Source of the DNA: Cyanobacteria bacterium P01_D01_bin.156
GTDB lineage: Bacteria; Cyanobacteriota; Cyanobacteriia; Phormidesmidales; Phormidesmidaceae
Reading direction: 5' to 3'
Assembly: GCA_039024555.1 (NCBI GenBank)
Contig: JBCCQQ010000002.1
Coordinates: 64,001-128,000 of the forward strand
Length of the DNA: 64,000 nucleotides
The notes under the pieces are model-generated. The model was given only the letters and a program-made list of their open reading frames with translations, searched no databases and was not told the DNA's origin. A program made the position numbers and the translations under genes. Shown one piece after another: positions 18,473-27,939 of the stretch; positions within the stretch are counted from its first letter, which is position 1; every line of letters starts with the position of its first letter.

Positions 18473-20152
18473 TCATACGGATGATGGCTGCAGAAGCCGC
18501 AAAAATTCACGACCATCCATCTTTTCAACCATTGGCATGACAGATTGACGTTGACGCTCTATCACATCAAGACAGCGCTGCTTATTAGCCAGCAGCGTAT
18601 GTAACACCTGAGCAAGATAAACAAAGTCTTTTTCATCAAAGTACAAGCCACTATCCTGAATTACTTCACGAATAGCAGGTAACCCATAGACAAAAACGGG
18701 TAAACCACTCAGCATAGCCTCTAAAATCGGCAAACAGAAGCCCTCATCTTCACTCATAGAAATGTAAGCAGATGCCGAACAATAAAGCTGTTGTAGTCTC
18801 TCATTGTCTACATTACCTAACCAATGCACCTTACCGGGTTCAAGCTTTAGCTGATTCTTTTCCACCCACATTAGATAATCCCAGTAGGCCTTGTCAGCAC
18901 CACCACCAACTATCCAACATTCTGCAGCAGCATCTAATTTCAAGTACTCAGCAAACAACTCTAGAACATGTTCCACCTTCTTGTGGCTTTTGATTCGGCC
19001 CACATATAAAAGTCGAGCAGGCTTATCTATCTGATAGTCCAATTCTTCAGCAGACAACGCATCAGGAGAAATTAATTTTGGAGGAACTACATGAACCATC
19101 ATTTGCTCTAAAACAGACACTTCATCGGTCATATCTGCAGCAGCAACAATTTCTACAACCGGCTCATCGCTAAGAGAATCTGTATCTATATCAGCATTAT
19201 TAAGGAGACTCTTAGTACTATCTTCACTATGTTCAGGTTTAAAGCTATCAATCAAAACCCTTGAGTTAGCAGTTGAATTAGTCGCAACAGAATCGAAAAG
19301 CTGCAGCTGGCCTAACTGAGCCTTTCCCTTTTCACAGATTGAACTCAGTTCTGGATCGAATGTCTGCAGCTTCCTAGGGTCAGTAATCCCATGAAAATAA
19401 GCAATCTTTTGGGCACAGTTTAAATCTATAATCTTTGCAAGATTGGGATCATACGTTGAGAAGAAGTATAATATCTGATCTTTTGACAAAGTATCTTCAT
19501 CGATTAATTCTATCTTTTTGATAATATCATTGAGCGAATAATCCGTATTTTCAGCATACATTTCAACAGAAACATTGTTCTGCTTCAATAGCCGATAAAG
19601 ATCTAAACACAAATTACCAACAGCATCATGAAAGAAGATATTACGTGATATCACCCGAACAGTAGAAGACTTCGGAAATACATAAGAAAGATAATTGAAC
19701 TTTGGGTGCTGCCAATCTCGACTAATAGACGAACGCAATCGAACAGCATCGTCTAAGGTTTTGAGTACAGGTATTTTATCAAGATAGACAATGGCATTGG
19801 TCACATTAGAACGTAAAACAGCATTCAGTACTAAACGTTTGTAGGCACTTACGTCTTCATTTACCCAAAAGTTATGTGACTGCATTCCTTCTAGAGAAAC
19901 GCGAATCACCTTGTCCCCAACCATCTCCAGGTCAGCACTAACCTGAACAGACAATTCAGTAGTCGAAAACTGCCACCAACCAAGATGCCCCTCAGGATGC
20001 ACAGGATTGTCTAAATCATAGATATCGACAACCAGAGATACATCTTCTCTTGATATTTCAGGAGAAAAGTTCAAGGCAAATACCGTAGAGTTGGAAAGGA
20101 CAACTTCAGATTCATTAAATCTGACAAAGGTTTTTCTTCTAGTTTTCTCCAT
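18473..20152 (-). CDS. Glycosyltransferase family 4 with N-terminal extension
   Basis: DAVGN, YFHGITDP, LLYVGRIKSHKK, EGFCLPILEAM. Confidence 0.88.
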   Translation of the reverse strand: MEKTRRKTFVRFNESEVVLSNSTVFALNFSPEISREDVSLVVDIYDLDNPVHPEGHLGWWQFSTTELSVQVSADLEMVGDKVIRVSLEGMQSHNFWVNEDVSAYKRLVLNAVLRSNVTNAIVYLDKIPVLKTLDDAVRLRSSISRDWQHPKFNYLSYVFPKSSTVRVISRNIFFHDAVGNLCLDLYRLLKQNNVSVEMYAENTDYSLNDIIKKIELIDEDTLSKDQILYFFSTYDPNLAKIIDLNCAQKIAYFHGITDPRKLQTFDPELSSICEKGKAQLGQLQLFDSVATNSTANSRVLIDSFKPEHSEDSTKSLLNNADIDTDSLSDEPVVEIVAAADMTDEVSVLEQMMVHVVPPKLISPDALSAEELDYQIDKPARLLYVGRIKSHKKVEHVLELFAEYLKLDAAAECWIVGGGADKAYWDYLMWVEKNQLKLEPGKVHWLGNVDNERLQQLYCSASAYISMSEDEGFCLPILEAMLSGLPVFVYGLPAIREVIQDSGLYFDEKDFVYLAQVLHTLLANKQRCLDVIERQRQSVMPMVEKMDGREFLRLLQPSSV

Positions 20153-22301
20153 TTATACTCTCACCCTTAATATCCTTCACAAACTCAGCAGTCATATCAA
20201 TATATTGCGTGCCATGCATTATAGAAGGTTCTATGTGTGTATTTTCATGGAACTCATTAAACGTTGACACCATAACTAGATGGGGAGGTAACTTAAGAGT
20301 CCGGATAAATTCAATCGCTCGACGGTAGGTCTGGCCATTGTCACGATCAATGTTTCTGTAAGGATTACCAGTTCTACGTTCATCGTCTAATGCCTGGTCG
20401 TTATACCCTGGTGAAATTGTTGCTATGCGATAGGTCATACCAGCTCTTTTAGAAGCCTGATAGGCCGCATTCCATACCTTTTCCCAGTTACTTTTATCAG
20501 CTAATTCCAATGGAGAAAATGGCGCAAATCCTTTGAAAAAGTCAAACGTCAAATTACTTTCATTATCTTTTTGGGGCAGACGCAAACTCATCGCTAAATT
20601 AGCAAATTCTGCTGTCATTGCAGATAAGGAAGAAAACAGTTTTTGATTTCCATCAAACGCTGTTGACCAAAACCAAAAAAGTACTGGCTTATCATCTAAA
20701 TAGAAGTAGTTAGGATGATCAACGTATAGTTTCTGAACAAGTTGAATAACCTTCTCTAATTCTTTTGTACTCTCTGCGTAAGGTGCTAACTGAATTGCAA
20801 AGCGAAGTTGACTATTGCGCTTTTTAGCAATGTCAAAAACGTGCTGAATTCCCATCAGCTCAAGTCCATTTACACCCGTAATGTCCACATGGAGATTGAG
20901 GGCAACATAGTCTAAACCCATCTGTTCAAACAGATCAAAATGAAATTCAATAATTTGCCCTTTAGTCGAAGCGTAATAGCCAAGCAAGGGCTTATCAGCG
21001 ACATATCCATGGCGAGGATCATCATTCCAATGAGAGGCTCCGAAGCCCTCTCCGTACCATAAATAATATTGAATACCGACCAATGTTTGCCCATCCTGCA
21101 ATGTTGCCTGCCTATGGGCTTTACTTGATTGCTCTTCTTGCCAAGTATCGATTAATAAGCTTTCTAACTCACTGGCTGTTTTTTCCCATGTAAATCTTGG
21201 AGCAATTTGGCGTCCTGCTTCGCCCATCCGCTCGGCTATTTCTGGATGTCGCTGCAGATAGGTAATTTTCTCAGCAAATGCTGAAGGAAACGGAGGAATC
21301 AGAAATGAATAATCAGGTTGACATGCTTCTACATACCCTCCCTGATCAACCGCAATAATCGGTTTTCCTGCCGCCATTGCTTCTAAAACAACAATCCCAA
21401 AAGGCTCTTTAATAGCAGCGAATAGGAAAGCACACGCACGAGCAAGAACTAATGAGAGCTCCCAGTTTGTCAGACCAGATAAAAAGAAGACTCGATCCTC
21501 CACACCAAGCTTTCGAGTCATCGCTTGTAAGTTTTCTTTCTCCGGCCCAGCACCAATCACAATCAGCTGCGTATCATCCGTCAGCGCAATTGCCTCGATG
21601 AGCAAATTGATTCTCTTATGAGGCCATAATTGACCAATGGTCACAAACAAGTTGGGGTCAGTTGGCAGCTCGATAAAAGCTTCAGGCTCTACACCAGGAT
21701 AAACCACATCAGCTACAGAAGTGTTGTAAACACTTTCAAGGTATTTAGCAGAGTAGCGGCTGTTGGCGACAATTCGCTCTGGGCGAACGGCCTTATCCAT
21801 AGTGTCTATGGAGCTTAGATAGGCTTCATAGACAGAATCTCCAATGCGGTCGTAGTTATATTTAGGGTAAATGTGGATGTTACGCGACGCATCTTGCCCA
21901 ACATTTTCTACATTTTGATCAAATCGCAAATCATGTAGTATTCGAAGTGCTTCGTGTGGATACCACACCATAGGATGTAAATCCACTAGGTGGGTAGGCC
22001 ACAGATGAGTATGATATAGCTCGTGATGACCTATTTCCTCTTGCCACATCTTAGGCAAAAGGAGAGCATTGAGCAGCATTGAATGCTCTCCCTCAAAGTA
22101 GGAAGATAATAGCGTACGCTTAACAATATCTTTGACGCCATGTTCTTCTAAAAGACGCTCATTAATTTTAGTGGAGTAAAGGGTAATATCATGCCTATCT
22201 TGCCAACGAGAAAGACACTCGATTAGCAAACGTTCCGCACCACCATACTTTTCTAAAAAAGGAATAATAATGGCAAGGTCCATTCTAGGAATATCGAGCA
22301 T
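20139..22301 (-). CDS. Fusion: GT4 glycosyltransferase plus GH99-like (endo-alpha-mannosidase-type) domain
   Basis: N-terminal GGAER, HKRI, EPFGIVVLEAMAAGKP. C-terminal YYLWYG, PLLGYY, ISPGYND, STFNEFHENTHIEP. Start placed at the ATG preceded by AGGAG; the ORF extends to 22364. Confidence 0.82.
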   Translation of the reverse strand: MLDIPRMDLAIIIPFLEKYGGAERLLIECLSRWQDRHDITLYSTKINERLLEEHGVKDIVKRTLLSSYFEGEHSMLLNALLLPKMWQEEIGHHELYHTHLWPTHLVDLHPMVWYPHEALRILHDLRFDQNVENVGQDASRNIHIYPKYNYDRIGDSVYEAYLSSIDTMDKAVRPERIVANSRYSAKYLESVYNTSVADVVYPGVEPEAFIELPTDPNLFVTIGQLWPHKRINLLIEAIALTDDTQLIVIGAGPEKENLQAMTRKLGVEDRVFFLSGLTNWELSLVLARACAFLFAAIKEPFGIVVLEAMAAGKPIIAVDQGGYVEACQPDYSFLIPPFPSAFAEKITYLQRHPEIAERMGEAGRQIAPRFTWEKTASELESLLIDTWQEEQSSKAHRQATLQDGQTLVGIQYYLWYGEGFGASHWNDDPRHGYVADKPLLGYYASTKGQIIEFHFDLFEQMGLDYVALNLHVDITGVNGLELMGIQHVFDIAKKRNSQLRFAIQLAPYAESTKELEKVIQLVQKLYVDHPNYFYLDDKPVLFWFWSTAFDGNQKLFSSLSAMTAEFANLAMSLRLPQKDNESNLTFDFFKGFAPFSPLELADKSNWEKVWNAAYQASKRAGMTYRIATISPGYNDQALDDERRTGNPYRNIDRDNGQTYRRAIEFIRTLKLPPHLVMVSTFNEFHENTHIEPSIMHGTQYIDMTAEFVKDIKGESINGEN

Positions 22302-22590
22302 ATTCTCCTGACCAATTTGCCCAGGGAGTTTTTTGGCTTTCCGTATAGACATTCCTTTTTTCACGTACCCACCGTTGTGAGTTTATAGTATTTCCACCTT
22401 CCAGAGACACTTATCAAGTGCGGAAATTATAGTTTTACAATTACCGACTATTAGCTCGTCTTTTCTACAGAGATCAAAATACAACTTCGCGACCTCACTG
22501 CACAACTTAATTTAGTAATAGTCTGCAACTCTGCCTAGCATCCTTTTTCATAAGAATCCTAGTATTTTAGGTTACCTCCCTAAAAATAAA

Positions 22591-22617
22591 ATAGTTACAG
22601 CTGACAGCTGTAATTAT
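22591..22617. promoter_or_regulatory. Palindrome (candidate operator or hairpin)
   Basis: atagttacagctg-a-cagctgtaattat, 13 bp arms with 1 mismatch. Confidence 0.35.
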
Positions 22618-22642
22618 TACATCCAATAAACTTGAATTGTGC

Positions 22643-23944
22643 CTACATCAAAGTACTGACTTTTCGAGCACGTACAAAGAAAAGGCCCCCTGTACCTCTT
22701 GAATCATAGTTTTCTGAACGTAAAGCCCAAAATGTCTTTCCAACCCCGATATCGAAAGCCTGCTTCTCTTGTGCATTTAAATTGAGAAAATATAAAGCTA
22801 CATCAGGAGCAAGATTGGTGCCATATAAATAGTGTGCGCGAATCCAATGATCGACTGACATACAACAATTTCCAATTAAGAAATCGTCTTCTAAGACGAA
22901 ATGATGTCTGGTAAATCTTTCTAAAACTTGGCTACGAGTTTCAATACCAATGTGGCCATCCACCAGGACCATTCGCAAAAAGTCTTCAGCTCCCATAGCA
23001 TCACTATTAAAGTCATCTACTTCAATACCATGCAACATACATCCATTTGGCTTTAAGACTCTTGCCATCTCACTCATGACCAGATCTTTCTCGGCTAAAG
23101 CAATATGCCCAAAGACATCAAGACTTACCACATAGTCAAAGTAATGGTCAGGGAATGGAAGTGAACAAGCTGATGTCTTCACAACGTCCTGGTAACCAGC
23201 TGCTTTAGCACGCATCACGTTCTCGTCAGATACATCGACACCATAAAGTTTGATATCTCTCTTAGTAAGAAAGGCAAGACCACCAAAACCGCAGCCAACA
23301 TCTAATACTCGCGAACTAGACGCTATATGTTTATCTAGCCAAACTTCTCTTTTGCTCATTACAGAATATTTGCCTATGCCATGGTTGATTGCATTAGCTG
23401 CCATAGGCTTTAATGTATTCACTGCATAGAAATTTGACTCATCTGCTTTAATTTTATGTGTCAAATAGGCATCGATATCAAGGAAACCGTCATGCCCCTC
23501 ATATTCATTCAAACATTCATCAATTGATACGTTGAGGGCCTCAACCTGGGCCATATATGGATGTGTCTTGAACATAAAGCAGTAAGACAACATCGCCCCC
23601 AAAAAACGACTGTCCTGTGCAATATCCAAAGACTTATTAAACTCAATAACAACTTTTTTTGTTTGGGCCACTTCTTGTGGCAACTTAACAAAGTAGCTGT
23701 GCCAACCTTTTCTAACTCTCTGTTGTGAAAATGGCGGTGATTTATAGTCTGATTTGAAGTAAACAATTTTATCGAGATCTGTTTGTGGATAACCAAGTCT
23801 CACTTCAAGAAAAGAATATTCCAAGCATATGCTTGAAAATTCAATACATGAAAAATTTTGCAACCATACAAAATCTACCAAACCATCATTTTCGACACCA
23901 TACGTTTCAAATACTGAGCTGAGATCTACTGAAAGGGCAAGCAT
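22643..23944 (-). CDS. Class I SAM-dependent methyltransferase with N-terminal extension
   Basis: RVLDVGCGFG, GVDVS, LPFPDHYFDYV, RVLKPNG. Confidence 0.88.
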   Translation of the reverse strand: MLALSVDLSSVFETYGVENDGLVDFVWLQNFSCIEFSSICLEYSFLEVRLGYPQTDLDKIVYFKSDYKSPPFSQQRVRKGWHSYFVKLPQEVAQTKKVVIEFNKSLDIAQDSRFLGAMLSYCFMFKTHPYMAQVEALNVSIDECLNEYEGHDGFLDIDAYLTHKIKADESNFYAVNTLKPMAANAINHGIGKYSVMSKREVWLDKHIASSSRVLDVGCGFGGLAFLTKRDIKLYGVDVSDENVMRAKAAGYQDVVKTSACSLPFPDHYFDYVVSLDVFGHIALAEKDLVMSEMARVLKPNGCMLHGIEVDDFNSDAMGAEDFLRMVLVDGHIGIETRSQVLERFTRHHFVLEDDFLIGNCCMSVDHWIRAHYLYGTNLAPDVALYFLNLNAQEKQAFDIGVGKTFWALRSENYDSRGTGGLFFVRARKVSTLM

Positions 23945-23994
23945 TTGTTTTTTTAATGAGGATCGAAAATAAAAATCTAAATTACTCTATTTAG

Positions 23995-24735
23995 TTAAGA
24001 AGCTAAAGGCCTATCAAGATATCGCTCTACAGCCTCTTGAGGATTACCAATAAAACGGATTACTCCCTGATCTAACCAGACTACACGATCAGATGAATCT
24101 TGAATAAAATCTAAGCTGTGAGAAACAACAAGTACTGTAGTGTGACCATTCCAGAGCTCATCCATACGTTTCTGGCTCTTTAGCTTAAAACTCTCATCAC
24201 CAACAGAAAGAACTTCATCGACGATTAATATATCAGGCTGAACATCAGTTGCGATCGCAAATGCCAATCGAGCCGCCATACCAGATGATAGTCCCTTGAC
24301 CGGAACCATTGAGTAATCTTGAAGCTCAGCAAAATCAAGAATATCTTTTATACGATATTTCATATCCTGGCGAGAAAAGCCTAGCAGAACACCATACATA
24401 ACAATATTGTCAGTAACAGAAAGCTCTGCCTCAAAACCAGCACCTAGCTCAATTAGAGGTGCTATTGTCCCCCTCACACGGACTGTCCCCGTTGTAGGCT
24501 GAAGAATGCCTGCAATTAATTTCAGTAGTGTGGATTTACCAGAACCATTAGCACCAATAATGCCAACTTTTTCTCGTTCTGAAACTACCAGACTCACATC
24601 TTGTAGAACTTGATTCCGACTAGGCTTACGAAACTTACCTTCAAGTACGGAAAGCAATGTACGCTTCAAATCATAGGAAAACTCCTCTTGCGTCCGTCGC
24701 CAGAGCGAAACATTATCAAGGCGAATAACTTCCAT
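23995..24735 (-). CDS. wzt: Polysaccharide ABC exporter ATP-binding subunit (no C-terminal CBM)
   Basis: GIIGANGSGKST, LIELGAGF, LSSGMAARLAF, ILIVDEVLSVGD. Confidence 0.93.
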   Translation of the reverse strand: MEVIRLDNVSLWRRTQEEFSYDLKRTLLSVLEGKFRKPSRNQVLQDVSLVVSEREKVGIIGANGSGKSTLLKLIAGILQPTTGTVRVRGTIAPLIELGAGFEAELSVTDNIVMYGVLLGFSRQDMKYRIKDILDFAELQDYSMVPVKGLSSGMAARLAFAIATDVQPDILIVDEVLSVGDESFKLKSQKRMDELWNGHTTVLVVSHSLDFIQDSSDRVVWLDQGVIRFIGNPQEAVERYLDRPLAS

Positions 24736-24741
24736 TTTTGA

Positions 24742-25557
24742 TTAAAGTAAATCCATAAATTGAGGTTTTAACCACAAGAAACTAAACCAGCCAATAGCTA
24801 GAAAAATAATACTGCTAAACAGCGTCGGTAGCATCAGTCCAAAATCAGGTGGATTACCTGACAAAACTATTTGTCTAACACTTTCAATAATCGGAGCAAT
24901 AGGACTAAGCACTAAAAATGTTTGAACCTGCTTAGGGACAATTGCTACCGGATAAAAAATTGGGCTACTAATCCAAAGGCCAAACGTCACCAGCTCATAA
25001 AAGTAGGGAAGATCGCGAAAAAATACATTGAGTGCAGCCACAACCATACCTATTCCTGTGCATATAATGACCAACCCAAATAAAGGTAGTAATAATGCAA
25101 CCACATTAAAAATGCTCTGAGAGAAAATCAGCGTAGCAATAACAAGTAAAGGTAATGTGCTAATGGCAAACTGATAAACGTTCGCAGCAATCATTGAAAT
25201 TGGGAAAACACTCATCGGCAAGCTCATCCGATTGAGTAAGCTACTACTGTTCACGACACTAGACAGAGCTTGAGAGGTAGAGGTAGAAAAAAAGTTGATC
25301 ACCACCATGCCAGTGAACGCCGCAAGCGTATAGCTCACTAGAGAGTTATCGTAATATTCTGCAAAGGCCTGTCCGAAGATTACTGCATAAATCGCAGTCA
25401 TAATCAGTGGATTCAGCAAAGACCAATAGACACCTAAAACAGAACCTCTATAGCGAAGCTTCAAATTTCGCTCTACCAAAATTCGCAGAATATCAACATA
25501 CCTTTTTAGTATCGTTTGCCTAACTAAGCTCTCTGTAACAGGCACAATATTCTCCAA
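24742..25557 (-). CDS. wzm: Polysaccharide ABC exporter permease
   Basis: RNLKLRYRGSVLGVYWSLLNPL, FFRDL, SPIFYP. Confidence 0.93.
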   Translation of the reverse strand: MENIVPVTESLVRQTILKRYVDILRILVERNLKLRYRGSVLGVYWSLLNPLIMTAIYAVIFGQAFAEYYDNSLVSYTLAAFTGMVVINFFSTSTSQALSSVVNSSSLLNRMSLPMSVFPISMIAANVYQFAISTLPLLVIATLIFSQSIFNVVALLLPLFGLVIICTGIGMVVAALNVFFRDLPYFYELVTFGLWISSPIFYPVAIVPKQVQTFLVLSPIAPIIESVRQIVLSGNPPDFGLMLPTLFSSIIFLAIGWFSFLWLKPQFMDLL

Positions 25558-25770
25558 ATTGAGTTTGCAAGCTTTTCAAGCATGAATATCGGAAGCATTT
25601 CGCCAATCACTATTTGACTGGCGAAACTATTCTCGATTAATGCTGAAGCATAAGATACAAAATACTATGCTATTCTGACGTGCCTGTCATGGGATAATGC
25701 GAAGAAATCATATGCCACCTTTCCCTAAGGTGTTACGGGAAAGGCTAAGTCGTTTGAAGGTTTCTTTCCT

Positions 25771-27540
25771 GTGCGTAGAGTTACATCGTTACTTATTCCT
25801 ATAATTGCATTTATCTTTATATTGGCTCTGTATGGAGCGTTGCCCTTCGTTAGCCTAACAACTCTTGGACAAGCCATCTGGCTTATAGGATTTTCTCAGT
25901 CCTTTGCGAACCAAGGCCTTTTCTCACTGCATGCAACAAACTTTGGATATCCTGAACCTGCCGCTATCTCTTTTGGATTAGCCGCAGCTTACCCAGCAAG
26001 CATGCTCATTAGACTAGGGCTACACCCAGCTGATGCATATTCGCTAATGCATGCCTTTTGGCTATTAGTCTCTTTTCTAGGCGCATGGAAAATTGCTAAA
26101 TCTCACTTCCGGCTATCAAGCACAAATTCAACTATTACCTCTGTCCTGTGGTTAAGCTTACCAGCTGTCTGGATTCATACCGGTTATTCAGCTTTGGGAA
26201 TAGCCATAGGCCTCATACCTTTTTACTTCTGGACTGCTTTAGAGCTCTTTGGGAATAACGTTAACGCAAAAAAAGGAATAAAGTTTTATCGGTTGCCCGG
26301 CAAATTTGTTCTCTACATGTTGGCTACGGTCATATCAGTCTTTATGGATGGCTACAGCTTTGTCATGTTTGCAATTGCAAGTACTTTTTTAGGCATTTAT
26401 CAATTCTTTCAGGTTCCGAAAGATCGTAAAGCCCTGATAACCATACGATTTATAATTCACTGTATTTGTTTTGGTCTCGCCTATATTCTCTACGCTATTT
26501 ACATTGGGAAGCCTCAGTACGAGCCAGCTACATTAGACTTCTTTAGAGGATGGGGAATGGATCTATCTTTTGTAGTCTTACCCACTAGAGGTATCCATTG
26601 GCTTTGGGACACTTTAGGCTTAAGTGTTACCCGTATAAGTTCTGAACAATTTGGAGACTCATCTATCTGGCGAAGTACCTACTCAGCCCCGTTCATTATT
26701 TTTGGGCTTGTTGCTTGGTGGCAAACCCGACGAACCTCAAAGTTTGCAAATCTTTTTCTGATAATAGCTATTTTCGGTTTTTATATGGCCCTAGGGCCAT
26801 CGCTTAAGGTTAACTCTATGCGACCTGCTGATTTTGAAAGTCAGTTGATGCCTGCAGAGTATGCAGTCTTGCCAACAGGCAATGGATGGCTGTCGGCAAA
26901 TGTACCGGGATTTAAAAGCATGCGAGCAGCCTATCGTTGGATTGCCCTTGCTAATCTTGGACTTTGGCTACTAGTCATTTCCTTAATGGCTCATCACAAA
27001 AACAAACTGATTAAACGATTAATTTCTTTTCTATGCGTACTGTTGATAGCTTCTAATGTACCAAACCTTCATCAAACCCTAGCCTTAAAGTACAAATTGA
27101 GACAGCGCTTCTTGGATATCGAATCTTCTTTAATCCAGGACTTTAAGAAGGATCTAAAACAAGATGAGATAGTTGCTTTTCTACCTTTTGGGAATGATTT
27201 TTTTGTCAACTATATAGCTTCTAGGGTAAACATTATTTCTTATAACATTGGTGGCGACAAAAATCTAGCTGAAGCTCGTAAGCACTGGCCATCAACAATG
27301 TCCGGGTTCGAGTTTCGAGCTATCGATAAGGATTTTACGGAGAGAATAATAGCACTCCTACGGGAAGGCGAAGCTGACGTTGTAGTCTTACCTTATCTCG
27401 ACCTGCTATGGGCACCACACAACTGGCCAACGGAAAGTGAGTTTAATGATGAGCTTAAAACTGTTATCAATTCTCTAATTGCTACTGGTACAGTGAACGT
27501 AGATGAGACAACGTACTACTCAACTGTTAGACTCAAATAA
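25771..27540 (+). CDS. Polytopic membrane protein, possibly GT-C-fold glycan-modifying enzyme
   Basis: 589 aa, many hydrophobic helices, soluble C-terminal domain, ALGP and PGFKSMRAAYRW (YfhO-like). The ORF is solid; the function is inferred. Confidence 0.55.
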   Translation: MRRVTSLLIPIIAFIFILALYGALPFVSLTTLGQAIWLIGFSQSFANQGLFSLHATNFGYPEPAAISFGLAAAYPASMLIRLGLHPADAYSLMHAFWLLVSFLGAWKIAKSHFRLSSTNSTITSVLWLSLPAVWIHTGYSALGIAIGLIPFYFWTALELFGNNVNAKKGIKFYRLPGKFVLYMLATVISVFMDGYSFVMFAIASTFLGIYQFFQVPKDRKALITIRFIIHCICFGLAYILYAIYIGKPQYEPATLDFFRGWGMDLSFVVLPTRGIHWLWDTLGLSVTRISSEQFGDSSIWRSTYSAPFIIFGLVAWWQTRRTSKFANLFLIIAIFGFYMALGPSLKVNSMRPADFESQLMPAEYAVLPTGNGWLSANVPGFKSMRAAYRWIALANLGLWLLVISLMAHHKNKLIKRLISFLCVLLIASNVPNLHQTLALKYKLRQRFLDIESSLIQDFKKDLKQDEIVAFLPFGNDFFVNYIASRVNIISYNIGGDKNLAEARKHWPSTMSGFEFRAIDKDFTERIIALLREGEADVVVLPYLDLLWAPHNWPTESEFNDELKTVINSLIATGTVNVDETTYYSTVRLK

Positions 27541-27939
27541 AAATTTAGACTTTAATAGATAGCTTTTATAAGTTAGCCATTGTTAGCTGAGCACAGCGAG
27601 CGTGCTATTTTGAGACGTTGAGTCTTCCACAATAGATGCATTAAGTTTGCAAGCCGTTGCTAATTTAGGGGATGAAACGATCTGTAGAGCTTACTATGTA
27701 CCTGGATTTGACAGATGAAATCATCCCGAGGATCAGCAACACCGTTTGCAAAAGCTAAACAGCTATTCTTGGACAAAATCATCTCAGTCAAAGGCAGAGT
27801 GTAGAGTGAACTTATAATCTAAATTGCTTCTATGCAAGAGAAGTTCTCTGCAGGAAAGGGAGCCCCTATAAATTTACTACCTAAATATTTAGCAATAACA
27901 ACCAAAAAAGATATGTATACATGATGTCGATATCAGACA

